Counted from the first letter of the stretch, positions 31,902-43,584 are shown. The stretch is 64,000 bases of DNA from a candidate division FCPU426 bacterium (GCA_963738405.1 CAVTWJ010000009.1:288001-352000), one strand, 5' to 3'. The notes: generated from the sequence alone by a model not told the origin. A program made the numbers and translations.

Positions 31902-32029
31902 CCCTCGGGACGGCCGATGTCGAATCATCCTGTTTTCCACCTCTCTTTACACACTCCCATCTCCAACTGGCATCCTCAGCCTCATGGCTTTATGATTTGG
32001 CCGGTTAATTCCTCCAGAGAGATATTTCA

Positions 32030-32410
32030 ATGAGCTTCAAACGCGCGGACCGGGTATCGGAAGCCATCAAGCGGGAAATCAGCGTTTTGTTGACCCAGGA
32101 GGCCAAGGATCCCGGCATTCATTTTGTGACCGTCACCGGGGTTGAAACGGCCGATGACCTCCGTCATGCTAAAATTTTCGTCTCCGTATTGGGGGACGAG
32201 GCCTCCCGAACGGAAACCTTGGAGGCGTTGAACCGGGCCAAGGGATTTTTAAGAGGCGAGCTGGGCCGGCGGGTTCAACTGCGCTATACCCCGGAACTTC
32301 AGTTCCATCTTGATACCTCTTTGGACCATGCTTTCAAAATTAAAGGGCTTTTAAATAATATTAAATCCCAGGAAGTGAAAAACGATGAGGGCGAAAACAA
32401 AGAAGGTTGA
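32030..32410 (+). CDS. rbfA: Ribosome-binding factor A
   Basis: RADRVSEAIKREIS, DLRHAKIFVS, LRYTPELQF. Confidence 0.94.
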   Translation: MSFKRADRVSEAIKREISVLLTQEAKDPGIHFVTVTGVETADDLRHAKIFVSVLGDEASRTETLEALNRAKGFLRGELGRRVQLRYTPELQFHLDTSLDHAFKIKGLLNNIKSQEVKNDEGENKEG

Positions 32411-33389
32411 GAGAAAAGTCCGGCCCGGCTTGAAAAGCGTTTGGGGCCGGGTTTTGGAACTGGTCAAGAAGAACAAGACCTTTGTGCTGACGACCCATGT
32501 GAACCCGGATGGGGACGGGCTTGGCGCCGAGTCGGCGCTCTATTGCGCGCTCAAGGCTCTTGGCAAAAAAGTATTTGTGGTCAATCATGACCCCCTTCCG
32601 CCTCGTTTTTCCTACCTGCCTTTTGCTTCCGCCTGCCGGGTTTCTGACACGATTCCCCCGCACGACGTTTGTTTTGTCATGGACGCAGGGGCCTTTTCAA
32701 GAATCAGGGAGGGCGTCCGACGGGACGAATTTCAAACCCTGGTGAATATCGACCACCATTATTCCAATGACCGTTACGGCGACGTGAACCTGGTGGACCC
32801 GGGCGCCTGCGCGACGGGCGAGATTGTTTTTCACCTGATCAAGGCCCTGGGCGTGCCGTTGGATAAGGGAATCGCCGAGAGCGTCTATACCTCTCTGTCG
32901 ACCGACACCGGGGGGTTCCGTTACCCCAATACCACTCCCCAAGTTCTTCGGCTCGCGGCCGAGTTGATGGAGGCGGGAGCGGACGGCGCCAAAATATCCG
33001 AAAGGATCTTCTCGGGCGTCAGCCAGAAAGCCTTGGAAATGGTGCGCGTCTCCCTGGCAAGCGTGGAAACCCATGAGAATGGGCGGATTGGGACCATTCA
33101 GCTATCCCACCAGGAACTGGTCGCCTCGGGCGCCACGGACGAGGATTCAGAGAATCTCGTTAATTTTGTCCGCAAAATGGAGGGCGTTCAAATCGCCATC
33201 TTTTTGAAGGAGAGGGCCGACGGCCAAGTTAAGCTTTCCCTGCGCTCCAAGACGGACGCCAACGTGGCCCTGGTGGCCAAGAAGTTTGGCGGCGGGGGTC
33301 ATAGCTACGCCGCGGGGGCCATATTGCCGGGGCCCCTTTCTTCCGTCCTCAAGGCGGTCGTGAAGGCCTGCCGCGTCGTCCTGAAATAA
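32385..33389 (+). CDS. nrnA: DHH/DHHA1 bifunctional oligoribonuclease/pAp phosphatase (NrnA-like)
   Basis: HVNPDGDG, NIDHH, TDTGGF, GGGGHSYAAG. Confidence 0.85.
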   Translation: MRAKTKKVERKVRPGLKSVWGRVLELVKKNKTFVLTTHVNPDGDGLGAESALYCALKALGKKVFVVNHDPLPPRFSYLPFASACRVSDTIPPHDVCFVMDAGAFSRIREGVRRDEFQTLVNIDHHYSNDRYGDVNLVDPGACATGEIVFHLIKALGVPLDKGIAESVYTSLSTDTGGFRYPNTTPQVLRLAAELMEAGADGAKISERIFSGVSQKALEMVRVSLASVETHENGRIGTIQLSHQELVASGATDEDSENLVNFVRKMEGVQIAIFLKERADGQVKLSLRSKTDANVALVAKKFGGGGHSYAAGAILPGPLSSVLKAVVKACRVVLK

Positions 33390-33403
33390 GCGCCGGTCCC
33401 CCC

Positions 33404-34285
33404 TTGGACGGCGTGTTGGTGATCGACAAACCTCCCCAATGGACATCCCACGATGTGGTCGCCCTTGCCCGCCGTATTCTCGGAACCAAACAAATAGGGC
33501 ATTTGGGCACCCTGGATCCCCTCGCGACCGGTGTTTTGCCCCTCGCCGTGGGCGCGGCAACCCGCCTGATTGAGTTCACCCGATTTGACAAACAATATGA
33601 GGCCGTTTGCCTTTTGGGCCGAGAGACGGACAGCGCGGATGTGACCGGCGCCCTCCTTCGTGAAAACCCCTGGCAGGGCCTGGATCCTAACGCCGTCCAG
33701 GAAGCTCTTTTAAAACTGTCGGAAATCCGGGAGCAAATCCCTCCGATGGTTTCGGCCGTCAAAAGCGGGGGCCGAAGGCTTTACGAACTGGCTCGGGAAG
33801 GTCAAAAGGTGGAACGGCTCCCGCGCCCGATCCGGATCCTCGCCTTGGAAATGCTCTCCATGGAATTGCCGCGCGTTTCCTTTCGGGTGACTTGTACGGC
33901 GGGAACCTATATACGAACCCTCTGCGAGACGCTGGGAAACCGATTGGGTGTGGGCGGCTGCTTGGAGGCCCTCCGCAGGACCCAAGCGGGGCCTTTTCAT
34001 CCTGCTCAATCGATCTCAATGGAGGTTTTCAAAAGGCACGAGGGAGCCGATCAAAAAGAGTCCCTTCTTCTTCCCGCCTCCCAACTGGTGGCCCATTTAC
34101 CGAGCCTGACCCTTGCGGAAGAAGCCTTGAAGCCCTTTTGTCAGGGTCAAGCCCAAAAGGCGCCGGAGGGCATCACGGGAAAGTTGCGGGTCCTCAACAG
34201 CGCGGGTAGACTTTGTGCCGTGGCGGAGTCCTCGGACGGGACGCTCAAGCCTCAAAAGGTATTTGGATCGGAAGGCATCGCTTGA
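33404..34285 (+). CDS. truB: tRNA pseudouridine(55) synthase
   Basis: DKPPQWTSHDVV, GHLGTLDPLATGVL, QIPPMVSAVK, GTYIRTL. Confidence 0.95.
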   Translation: MDGVLVIDKPPQWTSHDVVALARRILGTKQIGHLGTLDPLATGVLPLAVGAATRLIEFTRFDKQYEAVCLLGRETDSADVTGALLRENPWQGLDPNAVQEALLKLSEIREQIPPMVSAVKSGGRRLYELAREGQKVERLPRPIRILALEMLSMELPRVSFRVTCTAGTYIRTLCETLGNRLGVGGCLEALRRTQAGPFHPAQSISMEVFKRHEGADQKESLLLPASQLVAHLPSLTLAEEALKPFCQGQAQKAPEGITGKLRVLNSAGRLCAVAESSDGTLKPQKVFGSEGIA

Positions 34286-35205
34286 AACACAAGGTCTCCC
34301 AGGGCAAGGGTCTGGTTTTCACCATCGGGGTTTTCGACGGCGTGCACCTGGGCCATCAGGCTTTGGTGAAGGAAACCCTCCGCCTCGCCCGGCGGCTTCA
34401 TGCCGTACCCGAGGCGGTCACTTTTCATGACCATCCCCAGCATGTGCTGCGGGGCGGCCCCCCTATTCCTTTTCTTCTTCCGCGCAAGGAAACTTTCGAC
34501 CTTTTAAAAAAAGAAGGAATATCCAGGGTTCGTGTGATCCGGTTTGATAAAGCTTTTTCCCGAAAGACCCCCGAAGCATTTGTCCAATGGCTCCGGGGGA
34601 TGGGCCGCTTGAAGGGAGTCGTGGTCGGGGAGAATTTTTGCTTTGGGCGGGACGCCCGAGGCGACGGGGCTCTTTTGAAGCGCCTGGGGAAAAGGCTGAA
34701 TTTTGTGGTTAAGACCGTAAAGCCCATTTTGAGGCAAGGGAGGGTGGTTTCCTCCAGTCGGATTCGGGAGTTGTTATCCCAAGGCAAGACCGAGGCGGCC
34801 AACCAGTTGTTAGGAAAATCCTATTCCATTGAAGGCAGGGTGGTTCATGGAAAGCACGTGGGACACCAAATCGGTTTCCCCACGGCGAACTTGGCTCAAA
34901 TCGAAGCCTTTCTTCCGAAAGACGGGGTTTATGCCTGCGCGGTGGAATTGGGTGAAAACTATTACCGTGCGGGGATGAATTTAGGGAAGCGCCCGACCTT
35001 TCGAGCGGATGACCACCACCGCCAGGCGGAGGTTCACCTGCTTCGGTATTTTGGGAAACTCTATGGGCGCAGGATGAAGATTTATCTTTTGAGGTATCTC
35101 AGGGAAGAAAAGAAATTTTCCTCGACGGCCGCCTTGGTACGGCAGATCAAGAGGGATCTTCAATCGGTGGAACGGATTTCTTTGAAGGGTTTCAGCAAAG
35201 CCTGA
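34282..35205 (+). CDS. ribF: Bifunctional riboflavin kinase/FAD synthetase
   Basis: IGVFDGVHLGHQ, VSSSRIR, GFPTANL, EVHLL; TTG start overlapping the truB stop. Confidence 0.93.
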   Translation: MKHKVSQGKGLVFTIGVFDGVHLGHQALVKETLRLARRLHAVPEAVTFHDHPQHVLRGGPPIPFLLPRKETFDLLKKEGISRVRVIRFDKAFSRKTPEAFVQWLRGMGRLKGVVVGENFCFGRDARGDGALLKRLGKRLNFVVKTVKPILRQGRVVSSSRIRELLSQGKTEAANQLLGKSYSIEGRVVHGKHVGHQIGFPTANLAQIEAFLPKDGVYACAVELGENYYRAGMNLGKRPTFRADDHHRQAEVHLLRYFGKLYGRRMKIYLLRYLREEKKFSSTAALVRQIKRDLQSVERISLKGFSKA

Positions 35206-35319
35206 TTTTTTTCTTTTTTTGAACCGTCCTTCCTTATCCTGAAATCCATCCGCGAAAGGCAAAGCATCTTTTTTCCTTTAAATGAGCCTGTTTCTCAATT
35301 GGGAAAGCCGGATAACTCC

Positions 35320-35348
35320 TTTACACCCCTCTTTAAAGTCCCTAGAAT
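35320..35348 (+). promoter_or_regulatory. sigma70-type promoter for rpsO-pnp
   Basis: TTTACA-N17-TAGAAT. Confidence 0.65.
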
Positions 35349-35479
35349 GACCCCCCTGTCCGCCCCGTTTTTAGGGCGAACGGGCCAAGGCTTTGATCCT
35401 TCCCTCGGCTTCCGTCCTCTCTGACGGATGCTTGGAGATGGGGAGCCGAGCAATAAAATTCACCTTGAGGAGCCGTACC

Positions 35480-35746
35480 ATGATGACGAAAGATAAGAAG
35501 ACCCAGCTGGTTCAGGACTTTAAACAGAAGGAGGGTGACACCGGTTCCCCCGAAGTTCAAATCGCCCTCGTGACTGAGCGGATTAAGTATCTCACCGAAC
35601 ACTTCAAATCCCATCCCAAGGACCATGCGTCCCGACGTGGATTGCTCAAGTTGGTCGGGCACCGGCGCCGCCTTCTGGACTACCTGAAAAAGCACGACGT
35701 GAAGCGATATGCCTCGCTCCTCGAGCGTTTGGGTCTTCGCAAATAA
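35480..35746 (+). CDS. rpsO: 30S ribosomal protein S15
   Basis: [45 protein letters not shown]. Confidence 0.97.
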   Translation: MMTKDKKTQLVQDFKQKEGDTGSPEVQIALVTERIKYLTEHFKSHPKDHASRRGLLKLVGHRRRLLDYLKKHDVKRYASLLERLGLRK

Positions 35747-35785
35747 CCACGCTTTTTTTACCTAAACTATCCAGGAGGAACATTA

Positions 35786-37894
<2,109 letters not shown>

Positions 37895-37905
37895 GCTCTT
37901 CGAGT

Positions 37906-37941
37906 AAGCCCCGTTCCCCTTTGGGAGCGGGGCTTTTTTTT
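37906..37941 (+). terminator. Intrinsic terminator after pnp
   Basis: AAGCCCCGTTCCC-TTT-GGGAGCGGGGCTTTTTTTT. Confidence 0.9.
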
Positions 37942-37986
37942 GCCCCAAACCCTTTGTAAAAACGTGGGGCACCCCGGCTGGAAAGG

Positions 37987-38003
37987 TGTAAAATTATTTT
38001 ACG
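37987..38003. promoter_or_regulatory. Palindromic site TGTAAA-N5-TTTACG upstream of the activator operon
   Basis: Matches the TGTAAA-N5-TTTACA palindrome at 40339-40355. Confidence 0.55.
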
Positions 38004-38044
38004 CTTTGCGTTAAATAGGTTTGGGGGAATCTTTGAAGAAAACA

Positions 38045-38422
38045 ATGCTCAAGAATGTGGATTGGGGCGGATTAACCATCGTCAATCTTCTAGGAGTCTT
38101 GGCTTTCCCGCCCTATTTTATCTACCTCATGTCGATGGCGGCCCTGACCGCTTACGGCTTTCTCTATACGACCCATCTTTCCGAGGCCCAACAACAGCGC
38201 CTGATCGAGTTCGAGAAGGAATTCCGAAAGGGTTACAAGCGGGAGAAAGACGGCGACATCCGGGGCGCCATCGCTTGGTATCACCAATTGGAAAAAGACT
38301 TCGCGGACATGCCCCAAGCTTCCAAACTCGCCACCCTGCAGATTCAGAAACTGGAGAAAGAAGGAAAGGCCTCCTCCGCAGGTAAGTCCAAGAAGCGCAA
38401 GCCTATGGGAGGAAAGTCATGA
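38045..38422 (+). CDS. Small membrane protein with a C-terminal TPR-like helical region
   Basis: Hydrophobic N-terminal stretch, then [27 protein letters not shown] overlap with the next gene; start uncertain. Confidence 0.6.
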   Translation: MLKNVDWGGLTIVNLLGVLAFPPYFIYLMSMAALTAYGFLYTTHLSEAQQQRLIEFEKEFRKGYKREKDGDIRGAIAWYHQLEKDFADMPQASKLATLQIQKLEKEGKASSAGKSKKRKPMGGKS

Positions 38423-40314
38423 ACTCCCCCTGCCGCGAATGCGGCCAACCCCAGGAAGCGCTCCACCGGTTTTGCCCGGTTTGCGGGATTCCCCAGGCCC
38501 CCCCGGGCAAAATAACCCTGGAAGGCATGGAAGCCTTTGAGCAGGGGGAATATGAAAAGGCCTTGAAGCTTTTTAAAACCGTCGCCAAACGTAATCCTCA
38601 GGATCCCTTCGCCCTGCGCGACGTGGGCCACGCGGCTTTTCACCTTCAAGACCTGACCCAAGCCCTGGAGATGTATCGGAAAGCCATTCAAATCCAGCCC
38701 AATCTGCTGGATGCCCAGTTCAATCTGGGGCTCGTTCATCTTCAAAGGGGCCAAGTCCATGACGCCATGTACGCCTTTTTGGAAACCTTGAACCTCATCC
38801 ATCCGCTCACCCCCGGCTCCTATTATCTCGGCCTTTTTCACAGCGCCCCGACCCTCACCCTCCAATGCCGTTTGAATCTCGGCGGGCTTTTTAAAGAAAG
38901 GGGCGAGTTGGAAAAGGCCCTGGAGCAGTACCGGCTGGCGGCCGAGGCCTGGCCCCGCAATATATTGGCACAGGGAAACCTGGGGGACTGCCTGATGGCT
39001 TTGGAAAGATTCGATGAGGCTATGACGGTCTACAAACGCGCTCTCAAGCTTGCGCCCGAGGGGCCCGACCGGTTGAATCTAAAGAACGATTTAGGGGTGT
39101 CCTATTTCAGGCGCGGGGAGATGGAAAAGGCGGTGGAAGAATTCAAGGCGGTGCTTCAACAGGACCCCGGAAACGTCAATGCGGCTTACAATTTGGGCCA
39201 GCTCTACCGGCAGGAAGGGCAGTCGGAACGGATGCGGAAGGATTTTGAGGAATTCGTCCGGGGCTCGAATGACGGAGCCTCGATCCTTTTCGCCCTAACC
39301 AAATCAATGGTGTCCACCGCCGCCACCTCCTCGAAAAACCTAATCCAGGAGGATCAGGGGCTGGTGGGGGCCAGTCCGGCCTTGAAGAAGGTCCAAGATT
39401 TGATCAAGCGGGCGGCCTCGGCGGACGCGACCGTTCTTATTTTGGGGGAGAACGGAACGGGCAAGGAGGTGGCCGCAAGAGCCATTCACCAGCAATCCTC
39501 CCGTCACGACAAGGCTTTTGTCCCTATCGCCTGCTCGGTGCTGAGCGAGTCATTGCTGGAGAGCGAGCTTTTCGGCCACGAAAAGGGATCCTTTACCGGG
39601 GCCTTGGACCGGAAGATTGGGAAATTTGAGGCCGCCCAGGGCGGGACGGTGTTTTTGGACGAGATCGGGGAACTGAATCTTTCCACCCAGGTGAAGCTGT
39701 TAAGGGTCCTGCAGGAAAGGGAGTTCGAGCGGGTGGGGGGGACCGAACCGGTCCGGGTCGACATCCGGGTCATCGCGGCCACGAACCGCGACTTGAAGCA
39801 GGCCATCCAGAGCGGCCGGTTTCGGGAGGATCTTTTTTACCGCCTCAATGTGATCGCGGTGGAGATGCCTCCCTTGCGTGAGCGGGAAGGCGACCTTTCC
39901 CTTCTGGTGCGCCACTTTCTCGAGAAGCAGAGTCAAAAGAGGCACCACCGTTTTGAGGGGCTTTCCCAGCCCGCCATGGAAATTTTGAAGCGGTACCGAT
40001 GGCCCGGAAACGTTCGGGAATTGGAAAACTTGATTGAGAGGGTCGTCACCCTTAATGACGATGTGATGATCCGCCCGGAGCATCTTCCCCCCGAAATCAT
40101 GGGAGGGTTGGCCTCTTCCGCGAATTCAGGGGCGGGGTTTCCGGGAACAGGGGTATTGGCGAACATGGAAAGGGACATCATCGAAAAGGTTCTCAAGGAA
40201 ACCAGGTTTAATAAACGCAGGGCCGCGGACCGTTTAGGCATCAGCCGGCCTACCCTCTATCAAAAACTGAAGCGTTATGGCCTCAAGCAAACGGCCGATA
40301 AACGGAAAGTGTAA
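38419..40314 (+). CDS. sigma54-dependent enhancer-binding protein with N-terminal Zn-ribbon and TPR repeats and C-terminal Fis-type HTH
   Basis: CRECG..CPVCG, TPR helices, [66 protein letters not shown]. Confidence 0.92.
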   Translation: MNSPCRECGQPQEALHRFCPVCGIPQAPPGKITLEGMEAFEQGEYEKALKLFKTVAKRNPQDPFALRDVGHAAFHLQDLTQALEMYRKAIQIQPNLLDAQFNLGLVHLQRGQVHDAMYAFLETLNLIHPLTPGSYYLGLFHSAPTLTLQCRLNLGGLFKERGELEKALEQYRLAAEAWPRNILAQGNLGDCLMALERFDEAMTVYKRALKLAPEGPDRLNLKNDLGVSYFRRGEMEKAVEEFKAVLQQDPGNVNAAYNLGQLYRQEGQSERMRKDFEEFVRGSNDGASILFALTKSMVSTAATSSKNLIQEDQGLVGASPALKKVQDLIKRAASADATVLILGENGTGKEVAARAIHQQSSRHDKAFVPIACSVLSESLLESELFGHEKGSFTGALDRKIGKFEAAQGGTVFLDEIGELNLSTQVKLLRVLQEREFERVGGTEPVRVDIRVIAATNRDLKQAIQSGRFREDLFYRLNVIAVEMPPLREREGDLSLLVRHFLEKQSQKRHHRFEGLSQPAMEILKRYRWPGNVRELENLIERVVTLNDDVMIRPEHLPPEIMGGLASSANSGAGFPGTGVLANMERDIIEKVLKETRFNKRRAADRLGISRPTLYQKLKRYGLKQTADKRKV

Positions 40315-40355
40315 AAAAAAGTTACTTTAAAAATATAGTGTAAAATATATTTACA
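40310..40355. promoter_or_regulatory. Tandem upstream activator sites
   Basis: TGTAAA-AAAAA-GTTACT (40310-40326) and perfect TGTAAA-ATATA-TTTACA (40339-40355), about 100-140 bp upstream of the sigma54 +1. Confidence 0.65.
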
Positions 40356-40425
40356 TATTTTGAATTGGGTTATCGGTCGGGTCATCCGAAACCCTTATAT
40401 TTTAATGGTTTTTATGACAGCCTTT

Positions 40426-40442
40426 TTGGCATCGCGATTGCA
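40426..40442 (+). promoter_or_regulatory. sigma54 -24/-12 promoter
   Basis: TTGGCAT-CGCGA-TTGCA, near-consensus TGGCAC-N5-TTGCW. Confidence 0.85.
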
Positions 40443-40452
40443 TTAAAGTGTA

Positions 40453-40541
40453 GATGACCAGCTGGAAACAGTTAGTCAATCAACGAATCAAAAAAACTCA
40501 CCTCCTAGAAGCCCCGGATTGACCCATCTGGGGCTTTTTTT
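40453..40541 (+). ncRNA. Putative sigma54-dependent small RNA (~89 nt) with an exposed anti-SD motif
   Basis: Predicted +1 at 40453; 5' hairpin with GAAA loop (40455-40478); A-rich linker; TCACCTCCT (40498-40506); terminator (40509-40541); no RBS-led ORF. Confidence 0.65.
40509..40541 (+). terminator. Intrinsic terminator of the putative sRNA
   Basis: AAGCCCCGGAT-TGACCC-ATCTGGGGC-TTTTTTT. Confidence 0.85.
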
Positions 40542-40599
40542 ATTTGGGGATAGGGGTTTTCCCCTTGTTATAGTGCTTTCCCACGATAACCCTTGGAGG

Positions 40600-41739
40600 A
40601 TGCTCCTGAACGCCCCAGTAGTGATTGCCCTTATTTCCTTCGCTCTATCCCTTGGATTGACCCCCCTTTTCCGCAAAATCGCTCTTAAATCCCAATTTTT
40701 AGACAGCCCCTCGGGACAGCTTAAGAAACACACCGCCCCCGTCCCCTATATGGGGGGGCTCGCCATTTATTTTTCCTTCCTTTTGACTCTCTTGGGGGTT
40801 TTGGTCTTGTCCCCTCCCGTGGAAGCCGGTCGTGTCTTAGCCATCTTTATGGGAGCAACCATCATGGCGCTATTGGGGTTTGTGGATGACTTGTTTTCCC
40901 TTTCGCCCATGGTGAAGTTCTTTTTCCAATTTTTAGCCGCGGGGCTTCTGGTGGTTTTTGGCGTCCAACTTGAATTTTTACCGGGCCATCCGCTCCTCGC
41001 CGTCATTCTCACCATTCTTTGGGTGGTGGGCGTCACCAATGCGGTCAACTTGATCGACATCATGGATGGGCTGGCGGGCGGGGTGACGGCCCTCGCTTGC
41101 TTAGGGTTCGTCCTCGTCCCCTTTTTGGGAAGCCAAAGTTATGTTCCCTTAACCGCGGCGGCTTTGGGGGGGAGCGTGCTGGGCTTTTTGCCCTACAACT
41201 TTCAGCCAGCGCGCATCTACATGGGCGATTCGGGCGCGCTTTTTTTGGGATACACCCTCGCGGGGCTTGCCATGGGGCACGGCTACAGCCAAGTGAACGT
41301 TTTGGCCCTGTGCGCTCCTGTCCTCATCTTGGGGATTCCCCTCTACGACACGATTTTGGTGATGGTCCTTCGCGCCTTGAAGGGCCGGTCCATGTTTCAA
41401 GGGTCCAATGACCACCTGGCCTTGCGGCTTCGCAAAATGGGCCTGACGGTGAAACAAACGGTGCTCAGCCTCTGGGCGATTTCAGCCCTACTGATACTCG
41501 CCGCAGGGGGGCTGGTCCGTTTTACGGAAAAAAGGGCTTTCGCGTTTTTATTGGTTTTGTTCGTGATCGGCATGATCTTTACCCTCGTCATCGCCAGCGT
41601 TTCCATGGGCGAATCCGGAACGGCTCCCCCCAAAAAGCGGACTCCCCGGCGGGGCGACCCTTCCGACCCTGCCGTGACACTGTCCCTAGCCGCCCGTTCC
41701 CGCTCGTCCCAAAAAAATCCCCGGGTTCGTAAAAAATGA
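40600..41739 (+). CDS. Undecaprenyl-phosphate GlcNAc-1-phosphate transferase (WecA/TagO, MraY-like family)
   Basis: VPYMGGLAI, LGFVDD, NAVNLIDIMDGLA, YNFQPARIYMGDSG; has its own extended -10 TGtTATAGT at 40566-40574. Confidence 0.88.
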   Translation: MLLNAPVVIALISFALSLGLTPLFRKIALKSQFLDSPSGQLKKHTAPVPYMGGLAIYFSFLLTLLGVLVLSPPVEAGRVLAIFMGATIMALLGFVDDLFSLSPMVKFFFQFLAAGLLVVFGVQLEFLPGHPLLAVILTILWVVGVTNAVNLIDIMDGLAGGVTALACLGFVLVPFLGSQSYVPLTAAALGGSVLGFLPYNFQPARIYMGDSGALFLGYTLAGLAMGHGYSQVNVLALCAPVLILGIPLYDTILVMVLRALKGRSMFQGSNDHLALRLRKMGLTVKQTVLSLWAISALLILAAGGLVRFTEKRAFAFLLVLFVIGMIFTLVIASVSMGESGTAPPKKRTPRRGDPSDPAVTLSLAARSRSSQKNPRVRKK

Positions 41740-43031
41740 AAATTGAGACCTTAATCGCCGGTGGCGGGCTGGCGGGACTTTCCTGCGCGAAGGCGCTGGC
41801 CCAATCCAAACGCCCCTATCTGCTGGTGGAAAAGGAAAGGGAAACGGGCGGTTTGTGCCGGACGATCGAGCAAAAGGGATTCACCTTCGATTACACCGGA
41901 CATTTTTTGCATTTTCAGGATCCCAAGATCGAAAGATGGGTTCAGTCCCTGGCTGGTCCCGTCCTCAAGGCTCGGCGGCGCCACGCCGTTATCTACAGCC
42001 AGGGCGTCTTTACCGAGTACCCCTATCAAGAAAATAACTTTGGGCTGCCCTCTTCCATTGTCCGGGAAAACCTTTTGGGTTATCTGGAAGCGGCCCTGCG
42101 AACACGCTTTCATCCGTCGGCGCGCGCCGCCAAAAATTTTCAGGAATGGTGCCTTCGAAATTTCGGGCCCGGAATCTCCCGGCATTTCATGTTTCCTTAC
42201 AATTCAAAATTGTGGAAAACGCCCCTCACCCGGCTCACCACCCATTGGATGGGGCGGTTTGTTCCCTCGCCTAAGGTGGGCCAGGCGGTGGATGGGGCCA
42301 TGAAGCGCCGAAATTCGGATTCGGGTTATAACGCCACCTTCCTCTACCCCGACCGGGGGGGCATTTCGGTTTTGCCCAAGGCCCTTGCGGCGGGGCTGAC
42401 CCATCTTTGGCGCGGGGTGGGATTGAATACACTGTCCATGGGCGCGAAAAAAGCGCGCCTTACTTCCGGCATTGAGATCCAATTCGACCGCCTGGTCTCC
42501 AGCCTGCCCTTGAAGGCCTTGGCCGCCCTGACGCGGGACCTTCCCTCATCCCTCAAGCGCGGCGCGTCCTCCCTGCAGGCCGTCTCCATTTACAACTTGA
42601 ATCTCGGGCTCCGGGGCCCTCAGCCCATGCCTTACAGCTGGGTTTATTTCCCCGAGCCGGAGTTTCTTTTTCACCGGGCCGGTTCGGTCAGCGCCTGCGT
42701 TCCCACGGTGGCGCCCAAGGGCGGCTATTCCCTCTATGTTGAATTTTCCTACCGCGGCCCCAAGCCCGCCCCGGACAAACTTTACCGCCATGCCCTTCAA
42801 AAGCTAAAGGGCCTAGGGTGGATCCGGTCGGAAAAAGACATCCTCACCCGGGTCGATTTGAACCTTCCTGGGGCCTATGTGGTTTATGACGAAAAGCGGG
42901 AGGGGATCGTCGAGGACCTTCTGGCCTTTTACCGAAAAAGGGGAATCCACTCGGTGGGCCGTTATGGATTATGGGAATACGGAAGCATGGAAAGCGCCCT
43001 AAGACAGGGCCTGGAAGCCGCCCGATCTTGA
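41736..43031 (+). CDS. FAD-dependent oxidoreductase (HemY-like or UDP-galactopyranose-mutase-like)
   Basis: GGGLAGL, GGLCRT, FDYTGHFLH, FMFPYNSKLW, GRYGLWEY. Confidence 0.75.
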   Translation: MKIETLIAGGGLAGLSCAKALAQSKRPYLLVEKERETGGLCRTIEQKGFTFDYTGHFLHFQDPKIERWVQSLAGPVLKARRRHAVIYSQGVFTEYPYQENNFGLPSSIVRENLLGYLEAALRTRFHPSARAAKNFQEWCLRNFGPGISRHFMFPYNSKLWKTPLTRLTTHWMGRFVPSPKVGQAVDGAMKRRNSDSGYNATFLYPDRGGISVLPKALAAGLTHLWRGVGLNTLSMGAKKARLTSGIEIQFDRLVSSLPLKALAALTRDLPSSLKRGASSLQAVSIYNLNLGLRGPQPMPYSWVYFPEPEFLFHRAGSVSACVPTVAPKGGYSLYVEFSYRGPKPAPDKLYRHALQKLKGLGWIRSEKDILTRVDLNLPGAYVVYDEKREGIVEDLLAFYRKRGIHSVGRYGLWEYGSMESALRQGLEAARS

Positions 43032-43061
43032 ATCTTCCGGAAGCGGCGCCAAAGCCTTCAA

Positions 43062-43070
43062 TGCTATAAT
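43062..43070 (+). promoter_or_regulatory. Extended -10 promoter for the cNMP-TPR-ispE operon
   Basis: TGcTATAAT. Confidence 0.65.
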
Positions 43071-43131
43071 GCGTTCGTTTTATAGGGCGTCAGACGGAAT
43101 GCTTTTATCATTGCCGCACCCATGAGGATCC

Positions 43132-43584
43132 ATGCCTACACCGATCGACATCGAGTCCCTGAAATCCATCCCCCTGTTTCAGGTCTTCACCACTCAAGAG
43201 TTGAACACCGTCATCACCCTCTTTTTTGAGAAGGCCTACGGCAAAAACTCCACCCTTTTCGTCGAGGGAATGACCGGCGAAATTCTTTACGTGATCAAAA
43301 AGGGGACGGTTCAGATCCTGAAAAAGGTTGAGGCCAACAAGGAAGTGGTCCTCGCCACCTTGAAGGACGGGGAATTTTTGGGGGAGATGTCCTTGATCGA
43401 CAACCGGCCCCGGACCGCCACCGCCCGGGTGGGGGAAGAAGCCGTCCTCCTGGTCATGACCAAGAAAGCTTTCAATACCATGATGGAAAAACACCCTGAA
43501 ATCGCCTTGAAAGTCCTTTTAACCTTCCTGAAAATAGCCAACGAGCGTTTGCGCAAAGCCAACGAGTCCATCAAACAAGTCTAG
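43132..43584 (+). CDS. Stand-alone cyclic nucleotide-binding domain protein
   Basis: LYVIKKGTV, GEFLGEMSLIDNRPRTATA; no HTH domain. Confidence 0.85.
   Translation: MPTPIDIESLKSIPLFQVFTTQELNTVITLFFEKAYGKNSTLFVEGMTGEILYVIKKGTVQILKKVEANKEVVLATLKDGEFLGEMSLIDNRPRTATARVGEEAVLLVMTKKAFNTMMEKHPEIALKVLLTFLKIANERLRKANESIKQV

Noticed and set aside
29784..31940. 718-aa minus-strand ORF
   Set aside because: Antisense shadow of infB caused by GC-biased codon usage; no recognisable motifs
31918..31944. TGTCGA upstream of rbfA as a possible ECF42 promoter
   Set aside because: No CGTC at the N17 position (the sequence there is CTCT)
40488..40733. 81-aa minus-strand ORF and the extended 40519 start for the wecA-like gene
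   Set aside because: Both run across a terminator and promoter region; wecA more plausibly starts at ATG 40600 downstream of its own extended -10
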